Shown here piece by piece: positions 32,359 through 43,185 of a stretch of DNA of 64,000 bases. This DNA is from Theionarchaea archaeon (GTDB lineage: Archaea; Methanobacteriota_B; Thermococci; Methanofastidiosales; SZ-28-30). A program made the position numbers and the translations under genes. The notes under the pieces were generated by a model. That model ran no database searches, was not told the DNA's origin, and saw nothing but the letters and a program-made list of their open reading frames with translations. Position 1 is the stretch's first letter. The number at the start of each line of letters is the position of its first letter. Where the stretch lies: the NCBI GenBank assembly GCA_018992685.1, contig JACVGT010000001.1, positions 32,001 to 96,000 of the forward strand, in the 5' to 3' direction.

Positions 32359-32505
32359 GGTTGACAGAAGAGGAAGAGGTATAAAAAGGTTGTGTAATGA
32401 CGGAAGGTTTCAATGTTGACTGAAAATGTTGATAACCATTCTTGATTAGCTGTAATGTAAACTGCTGAGTGGAAGCTTTATTAGGATGTTTGCGGTAATG
32501 GCTGT

Positions 32506-33498
32506 ATGACAGCGTTGGACTCATTGTTGAAAGGAAATCCTGAGGAGTGGCTTCTTGAGGAAGAAAATCCTTCTGTTCGATACTGGACACTAAGAGACAT
32601 CTACGGGAAAGATGAGAACGATCCTGACGTTAGACTGGCAAGAGAACAGATCATGGAATCCTATCCTGTCACTGAGATACTGAAGAATCAGCAACCAGGA
32701 GGGTTCTGGGTAGCAAAGGAAGATCCTTACCTCCCGAAATATAGGGCAACGCATCATCAGTTGTTGATCCTCTCCGAATTGGGGGCCTCCCCCAGTGAAG
32801 AGATTCAAAACACAGTAGATTTATTGTTTGAGATTTATCAGTACGATAGTGGTCGCTTTGACTGGAAAGTGCTGAAAACGGCTAGAGGAAGGTCAAGCAG
32901 CCTCATAGATGGTGAATGTCTGACGGGAAATATTGTAAGGGCACTGATTCATTTTGGGTACCTTCACCATGAGAGAACACAGAAGGCACTTCAGTTTCTG
33001 GTGAGAGTTCATGAGACGGGATGGCCGTGCAGGGCATACCCTATTGACAGGAAGAAGGTGTTCCCCGAGAACTGTTACATGGGAGGAGTGAAGCCACTGA
33101 TAGCCCTTTCAATGGTTCCAGAAGAAGAACGAACCGCCGAAATGAAAGAAATTATCGAGAAGGAAGTGGAAATCTACCTGGAGAATGAGATTTTCATGTA
33201 CTTGAAGGATGAACGAGGAAGGAGGAAACCAAAACCCGGATGGACGAGATTTGGGTTTCCCCTGTTCTATCAATCAGATGCACTTGAAGTCCTAGATGTC
33301 CTCACGAAGCTGGGAGTGCGGGATGAGCGAATGCAGAAAGCAGTCGATTTGGTGCTTTCCAAGCAGAGTGAGAACGGGAGATGGAACCTGGAAAATACAT
33401 TCAATGGCAAGATGTGGGTGGATATTGAAGAAAAAGGCCGTCAGTCGAAATGGATTACTCTAAAGGCCGTGCGAGTGCTGAATCGATTCTACAGGTAG
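32506..33498 (+). CDS. Squalene-cyclase/prenyltransferase-like alpha/alpha barrel protein, function unknown
   Basis: 'WLLEEENPSVRY', QQPGGFW, 'FGFPLFYQSD', QSENGRW, 'SKWITL'. Confidence 0.75.
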   Translation: MTALDSLLKGNPEEWLLEEENPSVRYWTLRDIYGKDENDPDVRLAREQIMESYPVTEILKNQQPGGFWVAKEDPYLPKYRATHHQLLILSELGASPSEEIQNTVDLLFEIYQYDSGRFDWKVLKTARGRSSSLIDGECLTGNIVRALIHFGYLHHERTQKALQFLVRVHETGWPCRAYPIDRKKVFPENCYMGGVKPLIALSMVPEEERTAEMKEIIEKEVEIYLENEIFMYLKDERGRRKPKPGWTRFGFPLFYQSDALEVLDVLTKLGVRDERMQKAVDLVLSKQSENGRWNLENTFNGKMWVDIEEKGRQSKWITLKAVRVLNRFYR

Positions 33499-33543
33499 CT
33501 ATCAGCACCATATGCGCCCTCAGGCATGAGTACCAGCACACCG

Positions 33544-34341
33544 CTATGGAGGATAGGCGAGAAGATTCACAGCACCTCTTTCGTCGATTGTTATGTAGGT
33601 GTCTTTTATGAGGTGGGGGACACTGGTGTCGTCCACCCATGACCCAGTATTAGCCATCTTCTGCTCCGGATCCACATATGAATGGTGTGTGTGCCCATAC
33701 ACGATGAAACAATCCCCAATCTGATCTTCAAATTCCTCTCTTTTCTTTACAGCTTCTTTCTGTATGTTGTTCATAGCTTTTTCTTGCAGTCTTTCTGCAG
33801 GCAGCCCCACAGCAGTCTTGAACTTCTGCTTCAGTCTGGATTCCGTTCCAGTTGTGTCGAAATGACCGAAACATGTCTTGTAGAGGTTCCAGAGGCCGTC
33901 AGCAGTGCGACCAGTAGCATCATCCCCCATACACAAAATGCCTGCAAACTGTTGGTAGCTATCCAGACTGTCGGGGAATTCAAATTGATGCCCGTGGACA
34001 AAATAGTATGATTGGTCCCCATATGGGATGAGAGTTTCCGTTCCTACCTCCACATTGTATTTTCGTTCTAGATTCTCACCTGCCTCAATCATGTGATAAT
34101 CGTGGTTTCCCACCACATAATGGACACTCTTCGATTCTCGCATTTCTCTCAGCAATTCCAGTATGTCACTGTATTCAATAAGCAGTTTCACTGGATCCCT
34201 TCTCCACATGTCAAAGATGTCGCCCATCAGCACGACATGATCTATCTGAGGGTTCAATAATATGTCCTGCAGAAATCTTCTAAAAATACGCTCTTCACAG
34301 CAGGAAAATCCCAGATGCACATCGGATAAAGCAACTATCAT
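33544..34341 (-). CDS. Calcineurin-like metallophosphoesterase (LpxH-like)
   Basis: SDVHLG, GDIFD, GNHD, HGH, GHTH, NTGSW. Confidence 0.88.
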   Translation of the reverse strand: MIVALSDVHLGFSCCEERIFRRFLQDILLNPQIDHVVLMGDIFDMWRRDPVKLLIEYSDILELLREMRESKSVHYVVGNHDYHMIEAGENLERKYNVEVGTETLIPYGDQSYYFVHGHQFEFPDSLDSYQQFAGILCMGDDATGRTADGLWNLYKTCFGHFDTTGTESRLKQKFKTAVGLPAERLQEKAMNNIQKEAVKKREEFEDQIGDCFIVYGHTHHSYVDPEQKMANTGSWVDDTSVPHLIKDTYITIDERGAVNLLAYPP

Positions 34342-34492
34342 GTAACCACCACTCTTTCTAGCTGTCTAGAATTATAAGTATTTGGTGTGTAGCAAAATGT
34401 GAAAAACGGAGAGAGAACCCAGAGCGAAATGCATAAATTTATGTCAGGTGTGAGAGTAGTAAGAGGCTCAGATTGAATACAGGGGGTTATGA

Positions 34493-35107
34493 ATGGAATA
34501 TGCAGTCGAAGGAATGATAGGATATGTGAGCTATTTCACGCTGGGTGTTCTTTTCTTCTTTGTGATATGGAGTTTTACAGAGAAGATCACGTGTCATATG
34601 GTTAGAGATGGCCATATAGGAGGGCTCCTGGGGCTTATTGCTGCAACGTATGGATTTTGGTACCCCTTTGTCCCCTTTCTGAGGATTCCCTATGTGGTGC
34701 TCCTAGGAGTAGGATCTCTGGCAGGCTCAACTCTCTCCAGATTTGGCATGGTCAATACATGGAGTACGCGTTACAGCAGATTCACCCTGGCAGGGATTGT
34801 TATCGGCCTAGCAGGATTTGACATTCTTCAACTTGTTCTATCTGTATTGCTGGTATCCTCCCCGTATCGGGAGATTGGAACGTTGATTTCATGGGTGCTC
34901 CTAGTCTATGGGATCAGTCCCTGCAAAATCATAGGAGCAGTCATAGAGAACAGTGGACTCCCCCGCTCAAAGTTCATTTGGGTTGCTTTCATTCTGGCAT
35001 GTGTGGTCTTCCTTCCTCTCGAATTCCCTCTCATTTATGGTTTGATGTCCCTGAGTGCGGTTCTCGGAACGCTCGCCGGCTTGGTATTTGCATGCAGAGC
35101 CGGATAG
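34493..35107 (+). CDS. Hypothetical multi-pass membrane protein
   Basis: About seven hydrophobic segments; GGGGGT RBS. Confidence 0.7.
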   Translation: MEYAVEGMIGYVSYFTLGVLFFFVIWSFTEKITCHMVRDGHIGGLLGLIAATYGFWYPFVPFLRIPYVVLLGVGSLAGSTLSRFGMVNTWSTRYSRFTLAGIVIGLAGFDILQLVLSVLLVSSPYREIGTLISWVLLVYGISPCKIIGAVIENSGLPRSKFIWVAFILACVVFLPLEFPLIYGLMSLSAVLGTLAGLVFACRAG

Positions 35108-35240
35108 TGAGTCTTTCTAAAGACGTGTTATACGTTCACCGTATCCGAAGCCTCCATGACTCTCTGACAGCAGAGTATGTTCTCTCCTCCCGCTCTCCAG
35201 TCCATATCTTTAAAAGGATACATTCACCTGGAATACGGCC

Positions 35241-37973
35241 ATGATATCTGAAAGCATACAGAAGCTGATGGAACGGAAGGGGTTCACATCGTTTACGCTT
35301 CCCCAGGAAAAAGGAATTCCACCCATTAAAGAGGGTAGGAATGTCTTGGTTATTGCCAGAACGGGATCCGGAAAAACGGAGGCTGCTATTTTCCCGATAT
35401 TTGACAGATTACTTTCATTACGAAAAATCAGGGGAATCAAGGCCCTGTATATTGCCCCTCTGCGTGCTCTGAACCGTGATCTTCTGGAGAGAATGGAATG
35501 GTGGGCAGACCAACTTAAAATAAAGATAGAAGTTCGCCATGGGGATACGTCCCAGTATCAGAGGCGCAAACAGGCAGAATCCCCTCCTGACCTGTTGATT
35601 ACGACCCCAGAGACCTTGCAGGCTATCCTCCCTGGAAAAGTCATGAAGCAGCATCTGAGAGAGGTCCAGTATGTGGTCATTGACGAGATTCACGAGCTGG
35701 TAGAAGACAAGAGAGGAGCACAGCTCTCTCTGGGGCTGGAGCGGCTGACAGAGATGACACAGAAGCCCTTCCAGCGGATTGGACTATCGGCCACGGTGGG
35801 TTCACCTGAGGAGGTAGCCTCATACCTGGGAAAGAATGTGGAAATAGTAGATGCAACTGAAGACAAGGACCTGGTAGTGCAGGTGGAATATCCCTTGGAA
35901 GAGGACATGGACCTGGCTTCTCAACTTCACATCAACTTGGAAACCGCAGCCCGCATCATCAGGATACGGGAACTGCTGGGAGAACACACGAGCGTCCTGG
36001 TTTTTGTCAACACCAGGGAAATGGCAGAAGTTCTGTCTTCTCGCTTCAACATTGTAGACGAGAATGTTGACGTCCACCACTCATCGTTATCAAAGTACAT
36101 GAGGATTGAAACAGAAAAGAGGTTTAAGTCACAGGAATTGAAATCCATCATCTGTACCAGCAGTATGGAGCTGGGCATTGATGTGGGCAGTGTGGATCTG
36201 GTGATCCAGTACATGTCACCCCGTCAAGTGTCTCGACTGATCCAGAGGGCGGGGAGATCAGGGCATAGATTGGGTGAGGTATCGAAAGCGGTAATTCTCA
36301 GTGTCAACGAGGACGATATTCTGGAGGCTGCGGTCATTGCCAGAAAGTCTCTGGGTCATGAACTGGAAGAATTGAAGACCTATGAACTGGCGCTTGATGT
36401 TCTGGCTCATCAGGCAGTGGGGCTGGCTATTGACAAGTACAAGGTGGGAATCGACGAAGCCTTGGCCATCATCCGGAGAGCATTTCCTTTCAGGAATCTG
36501 AGCAGAGAGAAGTTTGTGGAGGTGCTGCAGTTCCTGAAAGAATTACACCTGGTTTGGATGGATGAAGAGGAATATGGGAGAAAGAGATCTTCATACCACT
36601 ACTACTTTGAGAATTTGTCCATGATTCCTGACACGAGACAGTACCGCACTATTGAGGTTGGTTCTCAGCATTTCATTGGAGTGCTAGACGAAGAGTTCAT
36701 TTCCACCAAGGCTGAAATAGGGAGTTCTTTCATTATTAAGGGCAGAGCGTGGAATATTGCAGATATACAGGAAGATGTGGTTCTGGTGACAGAAACAGAA
36801 TCTCTCGGTGCTATCCCTGCCTGGGATGGGGAGCTAATACCTGTTCCTTACGAAGTGGCTCGAGAAGTTGCTGACATGCGAACTCGAATTGAGGAATACC
36901 CTGTCGATAGAAACGCGCTGGAAGTGGCCCAGGCATATCTGGAAGAACAGAGTCAGTGGTTTCTTCCCACAGCAGATGAGATTATTGTGGAGGTATTCGC
37001 CAATTTCGTCATCCTGCATGCACCCTTCGGTTCCCTTATTAATGAGACTATCGGTAGGTTGGCCGCCTCTCTCGTTTCTGCAAAGATTGGAGCAAGTGTC
37101 TTGATGCGCTCTGATCCCTACAGGATAGCCTTCCAGTTTCCTGCAGCTCCTGATTACGAGAGTGTAATTCATATGCTGAGGAGCACAGATCCCACACATA
37201 TTCAGCCCATCCTGGAGATTACGCTGAAGAGGAGCAACTTGTTCGGGTGGAAGCTGGCTCAGGTGGCACGGCGATTTGGAGCTGTATCAAGAGATGCGGA
37301 GAGATATCGGTTGAAACGGCTGATCTATGCATATGAAAATACCCCTCTGTATGAGGAAACGATCCATGAGATTGTCAGGGAGAAACTTGACATTGAGAGG
37401 GCAGAGGAGGTGCTCCGGAAGATCCAGGGGGGTGAAATTTCTATTCGCATTCATCAGTCCAGTGATCCTTCCCCCATGGGAATGTCAGCTATCAGCAGCA
37501 TGGGGGCTTCTGATATTGTGTTCCCCAAGAGGGCAGAACGGGAGATTCTGAAAACACTGCAGGCTAGGCTGGAGAAGAGGCGAATCAAATTATTTTGCGT
37601 GCACTGCGGCGAGTGGAGTGCCACCTTTACCATAAAGCACCTGGATGACTACCCCAAGTGTCGATTGTGTGGGGCACGATTCCTTGCGATTCTGGATAGA
37701 CGGGACAAAGACACTATGGCTGCCATCAGGAAACGGTTGAAGAAGCAGAAGATAAGCGAGGATGAGGAGGAGCTAGTGATCAGAGCAAAGAGATCTGCTG
37801 ATTTGATGCTGGCCTACGGAAAGAAGGCAGCGTTGGCGTTGTCCGGAAGGGGGATTGGCCCTCAGACTGCGTCCAGGGTTCTGGCAAAGATGCATACAGA
37901 AGATGAGGAGTTGCTGCGAGACATACTGGAAGCTGAGAGGACATATGCCAGGACGAGACGGTTCTGGGACTGA
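35241..37973 (+). CDS. lhr: Archaeal Lhr-family SF2 helicase
   Basis: TGSGKT, PLRALNRD, TTPETL, DEIH, LSAT, HHSSLS, QRAGRSGH, C-terminal CxxC...CxxC. Confidence 0.93.
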   Translation: MISESIQKLMERKGFTSFTLPQEKGIPPIKEGRNVLVIARTGSGKTEAAIFPIFDRLLSLRKIRGIKALYIAPLRALNRDLLERMEWWADQLKIKIEVRHGDTSQYQRRKQAESPPDLLITTPETLQAILPGKVMKQHLREVQYVVIDEIHELVEDKRGAQLSLGLERLTEMTQKPFQRIGLSATVGSPEEVASYLGKNVEIVDATEDKDLVVQVEYPLEEDMDLASQLHINLETAARIIRIRELLGEHTSVLVFVNTREMAEVLSSRFNIVDENVDVHHSSLSKYMRIETEKRFKSQELKSIICTSSMELGIDVGSVDLVIQYMSPRQVSRLIQRAGRSGHRLGEVSKAVILSVNEDDILEAAVIARKSLGHELEELKTYELALDVLAHQAVGLAIDKYKVGIDEALAIIRRAFPFRNLSREKFVEVLQFLKELHLVWMDEEEYGRKRSSYHYYFENLSMIPDTRQYRTIEVGSQHFIGVLDEEFISTKAEIGSSFIIKGRAWNIADIQEDVVLVTETESLGAIPAWDGELIPVPYEVAREVADMRTRIEEYPVDRNALEVAQAYLEEQSQWFLPTADEIIVEVFANFVILHAPFGSLINETIGRLAASLVSAKIGASVLMRSDPYRIAFQFPAAPDYESVIHMLRSTDPTHIQPILEITLKRSNLFGWKLAQVARRFGAVSRDAERYRLKRLIYAYENTPLYEETIHEIVREKLDIERAEEVLRKIQGGEISIRIHQSSDPSPMGMSAISSMGASDIVFPKRAEREILKTLQARLEKRRIKLFCVHCGEWSATFTIKHLDDYPKCRLCGARFLAILDRRDKDTMAAIRKRLKKQKISEDEEELVIRAKRSADLMLAYGKKAALALSGRGIGPQTASRVLAKMHTEDEELLRDILEAERTYARTRRFWD

Positions 37974-38307
37974 GAGTCAATAGAAAAGGGAGATTCACTT
38001 CTGGTGGATGATGGGAAGAATTGGCTGCACTTTTCAGGAGGTGATTGCTCAATTTTGAGAGACACATTTCTCGCTGGTTTCTGGTGGGCGTTGGAGATTC
38101 CTTTCTTGAACTTCGTTTTAAGAAAAGATACAGAAAATCATTGTTCATCTTTCGAATTTCTCGAATCCTAACCGAAAATCTTATATAGATCAAGTGAGAA
38201 GACATTGTTGTCGTGAGGCTACGGAGTACCACATTCATGGTGAATCGCCTACTCCTGTCGGCCCCCTCATCGATAAATACTCATGAGTTTCGGGAAGAAT
38301 CTGCAAT

Positions 38308-38997
38308 TTGGGAGGGAAAAGCGTGGTTTCGAAAAGAGAATTGACAATCGGGTTAATTTTTCTATTGTTGGTATTTTTCTCGTTCTATTATGTTCAAGAG
38401 AATAAGAGACGAGAATCCTTAAGAACCTGGACTTACTCAGAAAGCCTTGAGGATCATCAATCTCCACAGGCCTTAGAAGAGACAATCGGGTGCGGAAAAG
38501 GAGAAGAAAACGAGAACGAAGACGAAGACAAGGATAAAGACAAGGATAAAGACAAGGATAAAGACAAGGATAAAGACAAAGGTAAAGGCCAGGGTAAAGG
38601 CGGTGGGAAAACTCCATCGCCCCCACCCACTCCTACTTCTTCCCCAGTTCCTACTCCTACTTCTTCCCCAGTCCCTACTCCTACTTCTTCCCCAGTCCCT
38701 ACTCCTACACCTACTCCTTCTCGAATTCCTTCAACGCCCATGCCACTAACTCCATCTCCAACTCCCACATCTCCACCCCCCGCCCTTGTCACTCCCTCCC
38801 CTGTTTCTACCTTCAGTTCACCTATGCCTGCGTCTCTCACTCTGTCTCCTACCATTGTTTCTGTCCTTCCTTTATCATCATCTCCAGCTACCCAACATCG
38901 ACCCACCTTGGAGGAAATCGGGGCCGTGTCCAGTATCATTGCATTGATGTTTTGCATGTACCAGTTTCTGTTCAATGGACATCAGAAGCAAACCTAA
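38308..38997 (+). CDS. Membrane protein with DK repeat and Pro/Thr/Ser-rich linker
   Basis: N- and C-terminal hydrophobic segments flanking low-complexity repeats. Confidence 0.65.
   Translation: MGGKSVVSKRELTIGLIFLLLVFFSFYYVQENKRRESLRTWTYSESLEDHQSPQALEETIGCGKGEENENEDEDKDKDKDKDKDKDKDKDKGKGQGKGGGKTPSPPPTPTSSPVPTPTSSPVPTPTSSPVPTPTPTPSRIPSTPMPLTPSPTPTSPPPALVTPSPVSTFSSPMPASLTLSPTIVSVLPLSSSPATQHRPTLEEIGAVSSIIALMFCMYQFLFNGHQKQT
38527..38580 (+). repeat. 12-nt tandem repeat GACAAGGATAAA x4.5 (DKDK)
   Basis: Read directly from the sequence. Confidence 0.9.
38626..38709 (+). repeat. 24-nt tandem repeat x3.5 (PTPTSSPV)
   Basis: CCTACTCCTACTTCTTCCCCAGTY units. Confidence 0.9.
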
Positions 38998-39044
38998 TGG
39001 GTCAACAAGAATGAGCTGAACAGAAAAGGGCTCAGACTGATACT

Positions 39045-40271
39045 TCAGAAATCCCAATCTGGATGAGGCTCAGGTATGCACAAAACCCGATCGAGGTCAT
39101 CCAGTAGCTCCTGGGGTCCGTGGACATCATCTGTAGCTGCAAGACCTGTTGCGGGACGGACTCTCAGCCAAAGGCGAGTAAAAGCACCTACTGAAGCTTT
39201 CAAGGTGGGAAGTGTTCCATCCTTTCCTACCTCTGCATGTGAGGAGGGCCCCAGCGTGACCACGTACGTGCCTGAGACACCCTTCCAGGGTACATCAGCA
39301 GGAAGAATAGCTTCTATTGGATCAGAAAGCACCAGATTGAAAGAAATCTCTCCTCCAGGTAGATGAGTCTTCTCCAAGCATTCTTCTAGGTTCAGTATTC
39401 TCATCTGCCAGTACGCGTATGTCTGCATGCGATTCTCGAATGCAGATTTCTGTGTCACCTGACGGATTCTAAAGGGCATCTCAAGGAGATCCTGTAGTTG
39501 GAGGCCGGGAGGTTCTCGCATGGCAACCAGGTGAATCTGGTCCTCCAAATTCTTGATCAAGGCCATGAGTTCACAGAACTGCTGAAACGTTCGGTATACC
39601 ATCCATTCCACATTGTATGGTCCGTGTTCTGCCTTTTCTGCATTGACCCAGATATGGTGAGTGAGCTCTCCATTTCCAAAATAACCCAGACCGAACCCAT
39701 TTTTCTGCCATGCCATCTGTGCTCTGGTATATTCTGGGGCATGGAGGTTACAGGCACCATGGCTCCGCATCCTGTTGAGGCGACATTGATGAACCGTCTC
39801 CCAGTCCTTCGCCGTCAACCGTGAGGGAACACCTGCTTCTGTCTTCACTCGTATATGTCTGGGATCAAATGCGGCCCATTTTTCATAGCTGCCAGTGCCA
39901 AATCCCAACAAATTGTAGAATCCCTGCTCAAACATTCCCAGGCCGCAAACCGCCGCCCCTTGATGTGCATCAGATGCTATGGCTGCAGCAGTCAATCCCT
40001 TTGCCAGTCCCTGCTTCCTGGCGACTCTGCTGGTTCCCACACTTGTGACCCATGAAAAAGGAAGATCCTCCTTCATGTATCTTATGTTCCCGGAGACTGT
40101 GGTAACAAGACATTCGGCTTCATCATTAGTTTCTGCTATCAATGCTCGACTTCCGTCAATGAAAACAATGAGGGGTTCTTCTTGACCATCCTCTAGCCAC
40201 CCCACTTCTTTCCAGATGCGAATAACACTGTCCTTGTCCTTCTGCCGATTATATTCCCGGAATATGGCCAT
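39045..40271 (-). CDS. Eis-like GNAT acetyltransferase with C-terminal SCP2-like domain
   Basis: 'VGTSRVARKQGLA' acetyl-CoA motif, 'GFYNLLGF', C-terminal 'LSDP..PW' region. Confidence 0.8.
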   Translation of the reverse strand: MAIFREYNRQKDKDSVIRIWKEVGWLEDGQEEPLIVFIDGSRALIAETNDEAECLVTTVSGNIRYMKEDLPFSWVTSVGTSRVARKQGLAKGLTAAAIASDAHQGAAVCGLGMFEQGFYNLLGFGTGSYEKWAAFDPRHIRVKTEAGVPSRLTAKDWETVHQCRLNRMRSHGACNLHAPEYTRAQMAWQKNGFGLGYFGNGELTHHIWVNAEKAEHGPYNVEWMVYRTFQQFCELMALIKNLEDQIHLVAMREPPGLQLQDLLEMPFRIRQVTQKSAFENRMQTYAYWQMRILNLEECLEKTHLPGGEISFNLVLSDPIEAILPADVPWKGVSGTYVVTLGPSSHAEVGKDGTLPTLKASVGAFTRLWLRVRPATGLAATDDVHGPQELLDDLDRVLCIPEPHPDWDF

Positions 40272-40414
40272 GTGATCACTGCATCCACTTCTGGAAACAT
40301 CAGCTAAAAACCTTTTGGTCCTCCTTTTTGCTGTTCAATGAACAAGAATGCACCATTCTGTGTGCATTAACCTGATACCTCAAAAAAAGGAGAAAAAAGA
40401 AAAAAGGGAAGAAT

Positions 40415-41986
40415 TTATCGTCTCTTGATTACAACTCCCAATCCTACGAGTACTGATATCAGTGCTGTTCCGAGGCAGATACCACATTCGCATCCGCAAT
40501 CACCATCTGGCGGAGGAGATACACCTGGATTACTCAGTACCTGCTGTACTGCTCCATATGCATCCACGCGGCCCCACCCCCATAGACAGTCTTTGTTGAC
40601 GTTGCCCTTATCAATTGCACTGGCACCCATACAGTTCTTGATCTGTAGAGGCGTTGCAGTGCCATTGGCATCCAGCATGAGGGCGGCAACGCCCGCAATA
40701 TGGGGAGTGGCCATTGATGTGCCAGACATTGCGACGTCACTGCATGAGGTCCCTGCACGAGCAGCGTATATAGAAACCCCTGGAGCTGTGATATCTGGCT
40801 TTGTTCTATCATCTGTGGTGGGTCCTCTGGAAGAAAAGCTGGCCAGGGCATCAGATTTGTCTGAGGCGCCGACAGTGATGACCTTGGTGGCGTCTCCTGG
40901 CGTACTTATGGTGCAGCACGTTGGACCATCATTTCCTGCAGCACACACCACCACTACTCCCTGGTCTACTGCCCAGTTGGCTTCCAAAGCTAGAGCACTT
41001 GTTCCGTCGCCGCCAGCACCACCCAGCGACATGCTTTCCACATCTGCACCCTGAGCTACTCCAAAGTCGATTCCCTGGATAATCGCAGTATCAGGGCATG
41101 ATCCGCCTGAGTTACACACCTTGGCGCCCATCAATGATGCACCTCTGGCTACACCGTATGGCGAATAAGCACCTGCGGCAATAGAAGAACAATGTGTCCC
41201 GTGCCCGTGATCATCATAGGGTGTCGAGCCAGATCCAATGTAGTCTGCCCAGGCAATGATCTTTCCGGTGGGATAGCTGCCGGGGAAATCGCAATGGTTG
41301 TCGTCAATCCCCGTGTCAATGATGCAGATCTTGATCCCCGTCCCGTCATATCCTGCAGCCCAGCAATCGTCAGCGTTGATCAATGGAATGCTCTGGGATA
41401 GTGTTATGTGGGCCACACCTTCAGCTTCCACAAACATGATGGTACACTCTTCGGAGAGCGCTTTGATCTTGGAAACCCGAATATCCACTGAAGCTCCCAT
41501 ACCACTCAGGAAGGAGTAGTGCACAGAGCCGAATTTCTCCAGGACTGCACCCGCTGACGGATCTTTGAACCACACCAAAACACGCACGATACTACTTTCA
41601 CTCATCCCTTTGATCTTGTCTCTAATGGACCATTTCATCTTGGCAGCATCATTGGGCACCACTGCAACGAATTCCCCGGGCCCTACTTCAGTCAGATATG
41701 TCTTGGGGACTCTGAATGTAGAATCATCCATCTGCACCACAGGCAGATTTTCGATGTTTATCTCTCTGGATACTCTCGCTATGACTCCCGGGGTCACCCG
41801 CACGTACAAGAAGTCAGAGTCTTCCCCAGCAATCTCCACATTGAGAGTCAAAAGATCCCTTCCTTCATATCCAAAGGTTTGCACGTGAATAATGGCTTTC
41901 TGCGGCGTCGCACTCACAGAATAAAGCGAGAAACAGAGTACTGCTACTGTAATCAGCACCAATACCTTTCGACGGTTATTCATCAT
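40415..41986 (-). CDS. Secreted S8 subtilase with CLGT-type C-terminal tail
   Basis: Catalytic triad motifs IDTGID, HGHGTH, SGTSMATPH; AAGN; signal peptide; tail GICLGT-TM-KRR. Confidence 0.93.
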   Translation of the reverse strand: MMNNRRKVLVLITVAVLCFSLYSVSATPQKAIIHVQTFGYEGRDLLTLNVEIAGEDSDFLYVRVTPGVIARVSREINIENLPVVQMDDSTFRVPKTYLTEVGPGEFVAVVPNDAAKMKWSIRDKIKGMSESSIVRVLVWFKDPSAGAVLEKFGSVHYSFLSGMGASVDIRVSKIKALSEECTIMFVEAEGVAHITLSQSIPLINADDCWAAGYDGTGIKICIIDTGIDDNHCDFPGSYPTGKIIAWADYIGSGSTPYDDHGHGTHCSSIAAGAYSPYGVARGASLMGAKVCNSGGSCPDTAIIQGIDFGVAQGADVESMSLGGAGGDGTSALALEANWAVDQGVVVVCAAGNDGPTCCTISTPGDATKVITVGASDKSDALASFSSRGPTTDDRTKPDITAPGVSIYAARAGTSCSDVAMSGTSMATPHIAGVAALMLDANGTATPLQIKNCMGASAIDKGNVNKDCLWGWGRVDAYGAVQQVLSNPGVSPPPDGDCGCECGICLGTALISVLVGLGVVIKRR

Positions 41987-42439
41987 ATCACCTCCTCTCT
42001 CTTTTCTGTCTTGCTTTTAACAACCTGTTTACTTCTCTGATACTACTATTCATTCCATATATATAAACATTTCGTCATTAGACATCTTTTGTGTCTTTAT
42101 AAAAAGAAAAAATGAATATATGAGATTTAGAAGAGTTTTACATAATAATGATCTAATCGTATATCATTCCCGACCAAAAAAAGTGTATATAGTCTTATCC
42201 GGGATCAAATGTGTAGCTAGATGTACTGTCCTAGACGAATGGTTTGCCTTTATAAACCTTTCGCCCGTACAGGTACACAATCTGGATTGCCATTCGACGT
42301 AGGTGGATCTAACACAGAATGTCCCACCAATCACTGAACATTCATCTTTCAGGAATAGTCGCACCAGAAAGTGAGAAATTGCAGAAAGATCATATGTGGG
42401 TATTCTCAGCCAGGCAGTACACGTCATGGGGATAGGCAG

Positions 42440-43096
42440 TTACACTTTCTTTGCCGTATAGCAAATATCTGCCATCTGCCAGCCACCACCTTCAGGGTGA
42501 TTTTTCTCAATGACAAGTTCAGTAATTCTCTTTTCCTTCCTGATGACCTCAAAGGCTTCAAAATACGCGTCTGGTTCAGTATCCTCGTAATAACTGCATA
42601 TGTGTCCTTCCTTTGTGATGCCAGAATACCACTCTTCTTCCTGGAGAAATTCACCTGGAGAGACTTCTTTTCCGCGTCCGAACCAACAGTCATCAACAGA
42701 CACAAAATTGACAAAACAGAGTCCTTCATTCTTGAGAACCCGTCTAATCTCCTGTACAGCAGTGGCTGTGTCTTTCTTTGATAAATGGCATACAGTGTTG
42801 ACAGAGTACACAAAGTTCATTGATTCGTCTCTGAAGGGGATGTTTCGAATGTCTCCCAGCATGATAGGTACATTCAGGTTCGTCTCCCTGCAAAACTCGC
42901 GCGCGAGCTGAATCTGCTCAAGGGTACTGTCAATTCCAACAACTCTGTACCCCTGCTCACGGAAAAGAGCCAAGGGCGGGTAATTGCCTCCTGCACCACA
43001 ATCCAGGATCTCCTTCTCGAGGGGACTTTCATTGCACTCTCTTAGGAACCCGTACAGGGGCCGCACCAGGGGATGGGAGAGAATAAAGGGCTTCAT
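42440..43096 (-). CDS. Class I SAM-dependent methyltransferase
   Basis: ILDCGAGG, 'GDIRNIPF', 'RVLKNEG'. Start set to MKPF behind AGGTGA. Confidence 0.85.
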   Translation of the reverse strand: MKPFILSHPLVRPLYGFLRECNESPLEKEILDCGAGGNYPPLALFREQGYRVVGIDSTLEQIQLAREFCRETNLNVPIMLGDIRNIPFRDESMNFVYSVNTVCHLSKKDTATAVQEIRRVLKNEGLCFVNFVSVDDCWFGRGKEVSPGEFLQEEEWYSGITKEGHICSYYEDTEPDAYFEAFEVIRKEKRITELVIEKNHPEGGGWQMADICYTAKKV

Positions 43097-43185
43097 TTCA
43101 GTCACCTTACTGGTTCTTCTGACGACATGTGTGCTTTGGTGTTTGAAAGAAAAAGATTTCGCAAGAACAGCACTCACTCGACAGG

